Position numbers and translations under genes: made by a program. From Blastocatellia bacterium (GTDB lineage Bacteria > Acidobacteriota > Blastocatellia > UBA7656): a DNA stretch of 51,020 nucleotides. Within the stretch, counting starts at the first letter, position 1. Every line of letters starts with the position of its first letter. The stretch lies in the NCBI GenBank assembly GCA_036554605.1, contig DATBMY010000447.1, forward strand, positions 1 through 51,020. The letters run 5' to 3'. The notes beneath the pieces were generated by a model, which saw only the letters and a program-made list of their open reading frames with translations, ran no database searches and was not told where the DNA came from. This document shows, in pieces, positions 9,036-16,295 of the stretch.

Positions 9036-11045
9036 TCAGTTAGCCCTTCGCTCCAGTTTTTGCAGGTAATCCTCGACGTCTTTGCGAACGGGGGTGCCGG
9101 GCAAGGCCAGCTCAAGATATTTTCTAAACTCCGCGATGGCCTGCTGCGGCTGCTTCATTTCCTCGTAGGTGCGGCCGAGGTTGACGTGAATTGAGGCAAA
9201 CCATTCGGGGACGTGCTCCTGCGTGCGCTTGAACATGGCGAGCGACTCGTCAAAGCGCCGCGTCCTGAAGTATAAGTCCGCCAGAGCGTGAGAGGCGACG
9301 GGCCGGGGCTCGATCTCCATCGTCCGGGTCAAATGCTGTTCGGCGCGCGCGGTGTCATCGGCGCGGGCCTGGCGGGGGGCGGCGGGACCCGCCGCCTCGG
9401 CGCGTCTCATGTAGAGCTGTCCCAGATTAAGGTGGATAGTCGTAATCTCTTTCTTGTTCGAGGGCCGCATCTCCAATTGTTGGAGTGCGGTTTCCAGTAT
9501 TTCTATCGCCTCGTTTATTCTGCCCAGCCGGAAAGCAACGTAGCTCGACGCGAGATACGCGACCGGACTGTCCGGGCCAAAGCTGAGCGCAACCTCCGCT
9601 TGAGCCTCTCCCTCCTTGACCCAGCCCGCATCCATGTATGCGCGGGCAAGCGCCGCGTGGGCGCGGGCGGAATCGGGAGCAACCGCAACACTGTTCTTAC
9701 AGATTGTCAGCGTATCTCGCCAGGCGCGATTATGTAGAAAATGGGCTACGCCCCAAACCGTGATTATCAAGACCGCAGCAATAGTGGCCGTGACCTTCCC
9801 GCGAACCGCGCCTCGTCCCTCGGCCAGCCAGTTTATTGCGAGCGCGACGGCGAGACAGAACCCGACTGACGGTAGATAAAGGTATCGCTCCTGGACCAGG
9901 TATTCTGGATCGAAATGGCGTATTCCGAACAGTGGAGGGGCGAGCAGCGTGATAAACCATAGCGCCGCAAATTTCAGTGCGCGCTCACGAGACTTCCATA
10001 CGCCAACCCCGAGAGCGAGTATCAAGGCGAGCGGCGCGATAAAGGAGAGGCTCAGCGGAGTTTCGACTACAGCGGTATAATGCTGATAGCTGTATCCGGC
10101 GGGCAGTATCATCAACTTCAGGTACTTTGCCACGGCGAGAGGCGCGGTCAGAATAATATGAGCGAGCGAATGGCGCGCTATCTGATCCGACAGCAACGCG
10201 TCCAGCGCGTTGTAGCGCATCAATAAATAGATAAGAGTCGGGATCAAAAACAACGCTGCGCGTTTTATGGCGACCAAAAGCAGGCGCCGGCCCGAGATAG
10301 GGCCCGCACGGAGATAATACTCCGTATAAATGACGACCAGCGGCATCGCGAGCGCAGTCTCTTTGTTGAGCAATGCGAGCAGGTATAGCAACAGCGAAAC
10401 AGCGGCGAGCGGAAAGCTCTCCGTCTTGCGATAACGAAGATAGGCGTAATATGAAGAAAGCAGAAAGAGCGCCAGCAGCAACTCGGTCGCGCTCGCTAAC
10501 CACGCCACTGCTTCTGCGTGCGTGGGATGTGCGGCGAAGAGTGCGGCGGTCAAAAGCCCAATCCGCCTCTGTCCAGTAAGCTCCGAGATCACCGCGAAAA
10601 CCAGAAACGTGACCCCGGCATGCAATAGCACGCTCATAAGGTGCCAGGCCCAGGCCGTTTGCCCGAACAGCGCATAATTGATCGTGAAGAGCACATTCAA
10701 GAAGGGCCGGTAATAAGAGCTAACGGCGAAGTTTATGTCTTCGGTCGCGAATGACCAGATGCTGGTCGTGAAGGCGCGGGGCAGATTGCTGAAGCTCTTC
10801 ACATATTCGTTGCGCAGTATCTGTAAAGAATCGTCTGCCGCGAACCCGTTCCATAGGGTGTTGATCGATACGATGATTGCGATAGCGACCGGCAAAAGCG
10901 CGTACGCGGCGCGAAAACTTTGTCCCGGAACCTTTTCGTATCTCCCGGCGCTCTCCGGGCCGCGTGCCTCGGCAAGCGCAGGAGCTGACGCGGGCGACAC
11001 CTGAGCCGCGCGGGACTGACCGGTTAAGTTATTTTTTTTTGGCAT
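9036..11045 (-). CDS. TMTC/GT39-like polytopic membrane protein with C-terminal TPR repeats (putative glycosyltransferase)
   Basis: 669-aa ORF with about 10 hydrophobic helices, the segment [18 protein letters not shown] typical of TMTC/DUF1736-type proteins, and TPR units in the last ~200 aa. Confidence 0.75.
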   Translation of the reverse strand: MPKKNNLTGQSRAAQVSPASAPALAEARGPESAGRYEKVPGQSFRAAYALLPVAIAIIVSINTLWNGFAADDSLQILRNEYVKSFSNLPRAFTTSIWSFATEDINFAVSSYYRPFLNVLFTINYALFGQTAWAWHLMSVLLHAGVTFLVFAVISELTGQRRIGLLTAALFAAHPTHAEAVAWLASATELLLALFLLSSYYAYLRYRKTESFPLAAVSLLLYLLALLNKETALAMPLVVIYTEYYLRAGPISGRRLLLVAIKRAALFLIPTLIYLLMRYNALDALLSDQIARHSLAHIILTAPLAVAKYLKLMILPAGYSYQHYTAVVETPLSLSFIAPLALILALGVGVWKSRERALKFAALWFITLLAPPLFGIRHFDPEYLVQERYLYLPSVGFCLAVALAINWLAEGRGAVRGKVTATIAAVLIITVWGVAHFLHNRAWRDTLTICKNSVAVAPDSARAHAALARAYMDAGWVKEGEAQAEVALSFGPDSPVAYLASSYVAFRLGRINEAIEILETALQQLEMRPSNKKEITTIHLNLGQLYMRRAEAAGPAAPRQARADDTARAEQHLTRTMEIEPRPVASHALADLYFRTRRFDESLAMFKRTQEHVPEWFASIHVNLGRTYEEMKQPQQAIAEFRKYLELALPGTPVRKDVEDYLQKLERRAN

Positions 11046-11315
11046 GGCTTTGAAAGAGGCTCATAAACTGCGTTCGATCCGGCGCGCCGTGCGTATCTAT
11101 AAGAGTGACGGGCCCGGCCAACGCGAGAATAGATTCTAAGCAAGGCAAGGTTGGCAGCGCAAGATTGCCCGTGACCCGTACGGTGTTTATGCCGTTTGAA
11201 CTAACGGGCGGGCGTGTTCGTAGGTATCGCTTGAATGACATCCTGAATGGTTGGAGCATCGTCAGTCAATTGTTGCTAGTTGGTACTTTTAGAAAGAAAC
11301 GGGAGAGGAATCTTT

Positions 11316-12269
11316 ATGAAGAGAATCGCTTTTCTATCGCTGGCGCTGGCGCTGGCGATAAGCGTCGGTGTTAACGGAACTTCAGCGCGCCCGACCGCGC
11401 AGGCGGGCGCTGGCCTGCTTCAGCTTCTGCCTGATGGCAGCGGCGTCGCCATAGTCGACGTACAAAAGATAGCCGGGAGCAGCCTCTGGGCAACGCTTGC
11501 GTCACAGGATTCGATCAAGAAGGGTATAGGTGACGTGCAAGAGGAGTTGACGAAGGTGGGCATAAGCCTCTCCGACATCGAGACGGCGGCCGTTTCGTTT
11601 GCGGTTTCGGGAGGTGGGCAGACGACAGTCATCGTGACCGGCTCGTTCAATCAGGATAGGATACTGGCTCATTTGCGCGAAAAGGAGAACGTCAAGGTCA
11701 CAACCGAGAGTTACAAGGGCGCTCAGATCTTTAATATCGGCACCACGAACAAGCCGAGCGATGGCGCGTTTTCATTTTATGACCCCCGCACCGTGGTGGT
11801 CGGGTCAATAGCCGGCGTTCGCGCGGCTATTGATGTGAAGACGGGCTCGCGGCCCAGCATCGCGCAGAACTCGAAGCTCGCTTCGGCCCTGGCTTTAAAC
11901 CCGCCAGCCGCGATCAGCTTTGCCGTTGATATGCCGCCCAGCGCCTTTGGTGCAAAGGCGGGGAACTCCTCTATACCGATCCCCGACTTTTCAAACGTCA
12001 AGATGATCTTCGGAACCGTGGATGTAGCTGTTGGGCTCGACATTAACGCGACGCTGCGCACGGAAAAGGCGGAGCAAGCGCAGGAGCTGGCAACCCGGCT
12101 CAACTCGCTGCTCGAAATGGGCAAGGCCTTCCTGGGCTCAATGACAGGTGACCCGAAGATGGCGGGAATTGCCGAGGCGCTCAAGACCGTAACCGTGAGC
12201 GGCAGCGATATTGACGTGAAAATAGTTGGCAGCATTCCCGGCGAGGTCTTAACGCAGCTTATGCGTTAA
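11316..12269 (+). CDS. secreted protein of unknown function
   Basis: ATG 11316 with SD GGGAGAGGA and signal peptide MKRIAFLSLALALAISVGVNG. The track ORF starts at an upstream TTG (11280). Confidence 0.7.
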   Translation: MKRIAFLSLALALAISVGVNGTSARPTAQAGAGLLQLLPDGSGVAIVDVQKIAGSSLWATLASQDSIKKGIGDVQEELTKVGISLSDIETAAVSFAVSGGGQTTVIVTGSFNQDRILAHLREKENVKVTTESYKGAQIFNIGTTNKPSDGAFSFYDPRTVVVGSIAGVRAAIDVKTGSRPSIAQNSKLASALALNPPAAISFAVDMPPSAFGAKAGNSSIPIPDFSNVKMIFGTVDVAVGLDINATLRTEKAEQAQELATRLNSLLEMGKAFLGSMTGDPKMAGIAEALKTVTVSGSDIDVKIVGSIPGEVLTQLMR

Positions 12270-12292
12270 GCAAAAGGCTCGGAACAAGAATA

Positions 12293-12348
12293 AAGCCGCG
12301 GAGCGGGATTATGTTGATCATAATCCTCGCCTTCCGCGGCCTTATTTT
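12293..12348 (+). terminator. imperfect long hairpin + T-run
   Basis: AAGCCGCGGA...GGGATTATG / CATAATCC...TCCGCGGCCTT followed by ATTTTT, 24 nt after the stop. Confidence 0.65.
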
Positions 12349-12365
12349 TCTGGGCGCCGGGACCG

Positions 12366-12755
12366 TCAGCCCTCTTTGAAGCTCGAATTGTTACGTGAAA
12401 GGAGCGTCTTTATGCCCCCTATCAGCGTCTCGAACTCGACGGGCTTCGACGTGGCATAATCTGCGCCCATCTGTAATGCCTCGCTCGCCACGGCGCTCCC
12501 ATACGCCGTGATTGCCATAATAGGTATACTCTGTAACATCGGATGCTCGCGCAGAATTCTTATCATTTCGATGCCGTTGAGGTTCGGCATGTGTATGTCG
12601 GTTATTATCAGGTCGGGAAGCTCGGCTTCGGCGACTTCCAGACCAATCTGCCCGTCGCCGGCCGTAACGACCGAGTAAGATTCCATCTCTAAAAGCTTAG
12701 CCATCATCTCGCGAGTATCGTCGCTATCATCGACAACCAGGATCTTATCCGGCAC
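12366..12755 (-). CDS. stand-alone CheY-like response-regulator receiver
   Basis: ILVVDDSDD...LIITDIHMPNLNG...AITAY...KP signature. A GTG at 12755 with AAAGGA 7 nt upstream is preferred to the TTG at 12809. No output domain, and no kinase nearby. Confidence 0.85.
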   Translation of the reverse strand: MPDKILVVDDSDDTREMMAKLLEMESYSVVTAGDGQIGLEVAEAELPDLIITDIHMPNLNGIEMIRILREHPMLQSIPIMAITAYGSAVASEALQMGADYATSKPVEFETLIGGIKTLLSRNNSSFKEG

Positions 12756-13169
12756 AATCAGAATCCTTTCTGTAGCTTCTCTTCCACTGCATCTTTTTGC
12801 CCAAAGCAAGCGAGGGACATTGAGCCTGCCGGCGGCTTAATAAAATCGCGCTCCGTCGCCAAACATAAAAGAAGGCGCGTGAAGCTATAGTAATGAATCA
12901 ACATTTTAAACGCATCAGGAGACGTCGTTGCAGGGTAGGCGAAGCGGCAGATACTATGATATTTACTTTGACTGGATAAACAGCGGCTGTCGCAGGCTGC
13001 CGGCCATTGCGCTTCATCGCTTCTTTTAAATTCAGCGTCTGCGTTAATGCTGTGCTAGCACTGCTAAGGTTGTCCACTTCGGCTTCCCCCGTACACAAAG
13101 TAGCTCAACCTAAAGGGTGAGTGGATTATATTCGAAAGAGGCTTGAGTGTCTACGGAGGGAGCGATTTA

Positions 13170-13796
13170 CTATGCGGTTTGCTTGCGTCGCGACTTGTAG
13201 TCGGCCCACAGGCGGCAAACCTTGATCCTGTACTCAACAAGGTCGCGGCTGACGCGATAACGTCGGGCTATCAGTTCGGCGCTCTTGCCCGCTTCAACCG
13301 CGTGCTTTAGAGCGAAATAGGGGATTAAGGTGGCGGCGCCCACCGCATAAGCGACCTCTTCCTGGTTCTTGTCGAAATCGCGAAAGCGTACGCCCGCCGT
13401 CTCTTCAGCTATCATGAGCTTAGTTGGTGAGTGGCCCAAAATGACGTGGCAAATCTCCTCCATAAGCGTAGCGGCCTGGCGTTCGCGGGTGTGATTCGGA
13501 TTGAGGAAGACCAGTCGCGAGCCGTCGGGCAGGGGGCGGCTTGCCCCGCCCGACCAGCCCTTTCCGCTGTCTCCGAGCAGAACGCGCCTGCTTTCAGCCG
13601 ACAGCCCCTCGACCGACTTCAAATCCATAACCCGGATCTTCACATAGGGGGCTAGCTTCCAGGGGTCGAGGGGCTGATCGAGGGGCGTCGCCGCGAACTC
13701 TCGGATCTTTAGCGCAATGCGCTCGTAAACGCGCCGCTTCGCCGTCGGTGGTAGCATCTCTTCAATCGAGTGAACCTGACTTGCGTCGCTATTCAT
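13170..13796 (-). CDS. ImmA/IrrE-family (COG2856, peptidase M78-like) metallopeptidase with variant EExxH site
   Basis: ATLMEEICHVILGH aligns with the family motif (F/T)xxHELGHxxLH; the C-terminal helical part is LIARRYRVSRDLVEYRI. ATG 13796 overlaps the xre stop by 8 nt. The longer ORF to 13919 lies inside xre. Confidence 0.75.
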   Translation of the reverse strand: MNSDASQVHSIEEMLPPTAKRRVYERIALKIREFAATPLDQPLDPWKLAPYVKIRVMDLKSVEGLSAESRRVLLGDSGKGWSGGASRPLPDGSRLVFLNPNHTRERQAATLMEEICHVILGHSPTKLMIAEETAGVRFRDFDKNQEEVAYAVGAATLIPYFALKHAVEAGKSAELIARRYRVSRDLVEYRIKVCRLWADYKSRRKQTA

Positions 13797-14226
13797 TAGT
13801 GTCGGTCTGCGTCGTGTTGCCCTTATTGGAAAACTGCGTGTAGGCGACCCGGAACAACTCCGCCAGCGCCTTGGCCATATCCGGGTTGAGATTGCGGTCA
13901 GCCCGCAGGTGCGCTTCAACTATGCTCGGCGTCGATTCGGTCGGGAAATATATGACCGGCTCAACGTAAGCGGCCGCGCCGCGGAATTCCTTATCTTCCC
14001 CCAGCAGAGTCCCTCTCATCAATCGCTCAAGCGGGATACCTAGCCACGACGCGAGACGGGCAAGCGTCGCGCTGTCGGGCACCCCTATCCCGTTTTCGAT
14101 CCTTGAAAGAGTCGAGGCGCTCACATTTATCCTTGTTGCAACCTGACGCAACGACATCTTTTCATCCAGCCTTTTGCGTTTCACGTACTCACCCAACTCA
14201 ACGATATTTAGCGTAGCTTCTGTCAT
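13789..14226 (-). CDS. XRE-family HTH repressor (ImmR/DdrO-like architecture: HTH_3 + ~80-aa C-terminal domain)
   Basis: KRKRLDEKMSLRQVATRINVSASTLSRIENGIGVPDSATLARLASWLG. ATG 14226 is preceded by AAGGAGG. Confidence 0.85.
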   Translation of the reverse strand: MTEATLNIVELGEYVKRKRLDEKMSLRQVATRINVSASTLSRIENGIGVPDSATLARLASWLGIPLERLMRGTLLGEDKEFRGAAAYVEPVIYFPTESTPSIVEAHLRADRNLNPDMAKALAELFRVAYTQFSNKGNTTQTDTNE

Positions 14227-14259
14227 ATAAGGGTCGACCTCCTTAGACCTCTCGCTCCT

Positions 14260-14289
14260 GTATAACATAATTTGTGTCACGCTTGCAAC
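14260..14289 (-). promoter_or_regulatory. candidate xre promoter (TTGCAA-N17-TTATAC) overlapped by operator-like site O1 GTGTCACGCTTGCAAC (14274-14289)
   Basis: Hexamers and spacing read directly. O1 matches O2 at 12 of 16 positions. Confidence 0.45.
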
Positions 14290-14303
14290 GATTTATTTTA
14301 TCC

Positions 14304-14348
14304 TTGAAACAATCCGGAACCTCCGGTACAATGTTTCACGTATGAAAC
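14304..14348 (+). promoter_or_regulatory. candidate rightward promoter TTGAAA-N17-TACAAT with operator O2 GTTTCA-CGTA-TGAAAC (14333-14348) over the start site
   Basis: Near-consensus sigma70-type hexamers with a 17-nt spacer. The spacer contains the palindrome CCGGA-ACC-TCCGG (14314-14326). The TGAAAC half-site recurs in the -35 region. Confidence 0.5.
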
Positions 14349-14365
14349 AGCAGGAGGCGAGCAAG

Positions 14366-14539
14366 ATGCCTAACGGGTATTTAGGAGAGTTCGACCGGGA
14401 GCTGGAGTTCTGGGAAGGCTATGAATTCTGGTCAGCCCAGCTTGAAGCGAAGATGGAAGAGTGGGATGGTCCTGGGGCAGAGAAGCTGAAGATTGTCGAT
14501 TTCAGGCAAAGCGAGGGAAGTGATGTCCTCCCGTTTTGA
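14366..14539 (+). CDS. very acidic small protein (57 aa), unknown function
   Basis: ATG 14366 is preceded by AGGAGG 7 nt upstream. MPNGYLGEFDRELEFWEGYEFW... is rich in E/D/W. First gene of the rightward operon. Confidence 0.45.
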   Translation: MPNGYLGEFDRELEFWEGYEFWSAQLEAKMEEWDGPGAEKLKIVDFRQSEGSDVLPF

Positions 14540-14693
14540 TGAATTCTGGGACAGTTTCGACGCGCTCTGGCGCCGCATAGAGGTTCTAGGCCGCCGCGTA
14601 AAGGATTTGGAAGCGCGCCTGGAGTTTCTGGAGTCGCCCGGGGTGTTGGATAAGACTAAAAAGGAGCAACCGGCAGATGAGCGCAGCAATTGA
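14523..14693 (+). CDS. small coiled-coil protein (56 aa), unknown function
   Basis: ATG 14523 with SD GAGGGAAG; overlaps the previous ORF by 17 nt. Heptad-like segment RRIEVLGRRVKDLEARLEFLE. Confidence 0.45.
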   Translation: MSSRFDEFWDSFDALWRRIEVLGRRVKDLEARLEFLESPGVLDKTKKEQPADERSN

Positions 14694-15699
14694 AGATCCC
14701 AGCCTGGTTATAAATCGGGCAAAGACGATAGCCGCCATGGGTATGGTTGAGCGCGATTATGACGGGTTCAATGTCATTTCGCCCGGCGTGAAGAAAGAGA
14801 GCTTCCGCGTCTGGAAGGATGAAGAGGGTCGCGTGCAATGCAACTGCCCGCGGTTTGACGAGCTACGCGCGAATGATCCGCGATTTCGTTGCGAACACAT
14901 CCTGGCGGTGAAGTTTCACCTGGAGCCGCCTGACGAAGAGCCGATTGCGGTGACCGAGCCCGCAGGCGAAAAGCAGCCGCGACGAAAGTCGGCTCGTGCC
15001 GCCGCGGCTGAACTCTTTAACGAGGAGACGGACCATATTGAGTCAGGAGGTAAGCTAATCACCATGCCGTTTGCTGAAACTCTTAAAGAATTGTCGCAGG
15101 CCGTATCGCCTGAGTTGATAAAACAGCGCATCGGGTGGCGCGACCGCATGGGCCGCGAGCACGAGGTCGATTATGTCGAGTGGCACGTAGTCGCTGACTT
15201 GCTAGATAGGATCTGCCCGGACTGGTCGCACGAGGTTCTCTCTATCAAGCAGATAGGCGATTATGTCGCCGTGACCGCTTCTATAACCATACAGGGCGTG
15301 ACCCGGCAGGGCGTTGGGACCGGCTCCGCTTATGACGAGAAAGGGATCAAGAAGGCCGAGCACGATGCCTTGAAGCGGGCCGCGGTCAAGTTCGGCATCG
15401 CGCGTGAGCTTTATAGGCGCGAAGAGGAAGAGGCCACCGAGAAGCGCTCGGGCGGCGCGAGTGCCAAAGCTGATTTTCCACGCGAGCCTATAGCAAAAAC
15501 AATGGCCGATCTTGTGACTCCGAAACAGCTCGTCGCGATTCGGGCCATCGCCAGTGCGCAGGCTATTGACGCCGAGGCCGACTGTCTTGAGATGCTCAAG
15601 TGCCGGCCCGAAGAGTTGTCGCGGCGAGCAGCAAGCGCCTTTATCGATTATCTGAAATCGAAATCGGCGGGTGCGGAAGAGATACGCCACGCCGGATAG
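14677..15699 (+). CDS. SWIM zinc finger fused to a Rad52/Rad22/Sak-family single-strand annealing protein
   Basis: CNC-x16-CEH (aa 55-74) is the CxCxnCxH SWIM signature. Aa ~128-247 carry VDYVEWHVVADLLDRI...GVGTGSAYDEKGIKKAEHDALKRAAVKFGIARELY, the conserved end of the Rad52 annealase fold. SD AAAGGAG; 17-nt overlap with the previous ORF. Confidence 0.8.
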   Translation: MSAAIEDPSLVINRAKTIAAMGMVERDYDGFNVISPGVKKESFRVWKDEEGRVQCNCPRFDELRANDPRFRCEHILAVKFHLEPPDEEPIAVTEPAGEKQPRRKSARAAAAELFNEETDHIESGGKLITMPFAETLKELSQAVSPELIKQRIGWRDRMGREHEVDYVEWHVVADLLDRICPDWSHEVLSIKQIGDYVAVTASITIQGVTRQGVGTGSAYDEKGIKKAEHDALKRAAVKFGIARELYRREEEEATEKRSGGASAKADFPREPIAKTMADLVTPKQLVAIRAIASAQAIDAEADCLEMLKCRPEELSRRAASAFIDYLKSKSAGAEEIRHAG

Positions 15700-15744
15700 G
15701 CAATCTTTCGGAAGCGCGCTCGTTAGTAGTGAGGAGGAAGTAAG

Positions 15745-16239
15745 ATGCAGCAACATGAAATCGTATTTGAGCAGATGTCCGGTATGCCGGCCGTCACAAG
15801 CTCCGAGGCTCGCAAGCCTCGCAAACCGCGCGCTCCACGTAAGGATTCGAAAAAGAGCCGGATTCTTGACCTCTACCGCGGCGGTCTAACCGATCTCGGC
15901 GAGATTGCAAGAAATGTGAAGACGCGCCCGAGCTATGTGGCCGGTGTGCTTCAAAACGCGGGACTCATTCATGGCTACTTTGATCTCTACACCACCACGG
16001 CGAGAGATCAGAACCTGTATAGCCGGTTCTTTCGCAATAAATTGAGCTTCAAGTCTATTGAAGCGGCCAAAGAATCGGTTGCGCAGATCGCGCGACTTTA
16101 CGAATACTTCGAGCGCATTGGCGACCGCGCCGGCCAGCATCATGCCGAGGTGCTTGCGCTGACGGGCCGCAATCGCGCTCGCTTCAGCGGGAAGAAAGAA
16201 GAGTCGAAGGTATTCGAAGAGTGGCTGTTCAACCACTGA
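15745..16239 (+). CDS. hypothetical protein with basic N-terminus and possible wHTH (164 aa)
   Basis: Strong SD GAGGAGG. KPRKPRAPRKDSKKSRILDLYRGGLTDLGEIARNVKTRPSYVAGVL looks like a short HTH. No family recognised. Confidence 0.6.
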   Translation: MQQHEIVFEQMSGMPAVTSSEARKPRKPRAPRKDSKKSRILDLYRGGLTDLGEIARNVKTRPSYVAGVLQNAGLIHGYFDLYTTTARDQNLYSRFFRNKLSFKSIEAAKESVAQIARLYEYFERIGDRAGQHHAEVLALTGRNRARFSGKKEESKVFEEWLFNH

Positions 16240-16260
16240 AAGAGAGAATAGGCGAGCTAG

Positions 16261-16295
16261 AAGGACAGTCTCGGCGGGCTGTCCTTATTTTTTTT
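16261..16295. terminator. intrinsic terminator AAGGACAG-N10-CTGTCCTT + T8, shared by convergent genes
   Basis: 8-bp stem and a T8 run read directly. The T-run overlaps the stop region of the minus-strand amidohydrolase gene. Confidence 0.75.

Larger units (their letters stand above)
13170..16295. other. compact accessory module: XRE + ImmA/IrrE pair, divergent operon with SWIM::Rad52 annealase (prophage remnant or stand-alone inducible system)
   Basis: Six tightly packed genes, phage-type functions, divergent promoter/operator region, terminator at the right end, a lower-GC non-coding flank at the left. No integrase or structural genes. Confidence 0.5.

Noticed and set aside
8975-9115. 47-codon N-terminal extension of the hbd ORF
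   Set aside because: It overlaps the 3' end of the upstream TMTC-like gene. The canonical Hbd N-terminus ([15 protein letters not shown]) starts at 8974 and gives the expected ~285 aa.
11151-11168. sigma-54-like element TTGGCAGCGCAAGATTGC upstream of the 11316 gene
   Set aside because: The GG-to-GC spacing is 12 nt, incompatible with sigma-54 promoters.
12898-13098. 66-aa minus-strand ORF in the spacer left of immA
   Set aside because: TTG start, no SD, odd composition, no motif. Treated as non-coding.
13170-16295. Calling the XRE/ImmA/Rad52 block an intact prophage, ICE or transposon
   Set aside because: There is no integrase, transposase, relaxase, structural or lysis gene. I saw no flanking direct repeats and no tRNA target, and the block is only ~3.1 kb.
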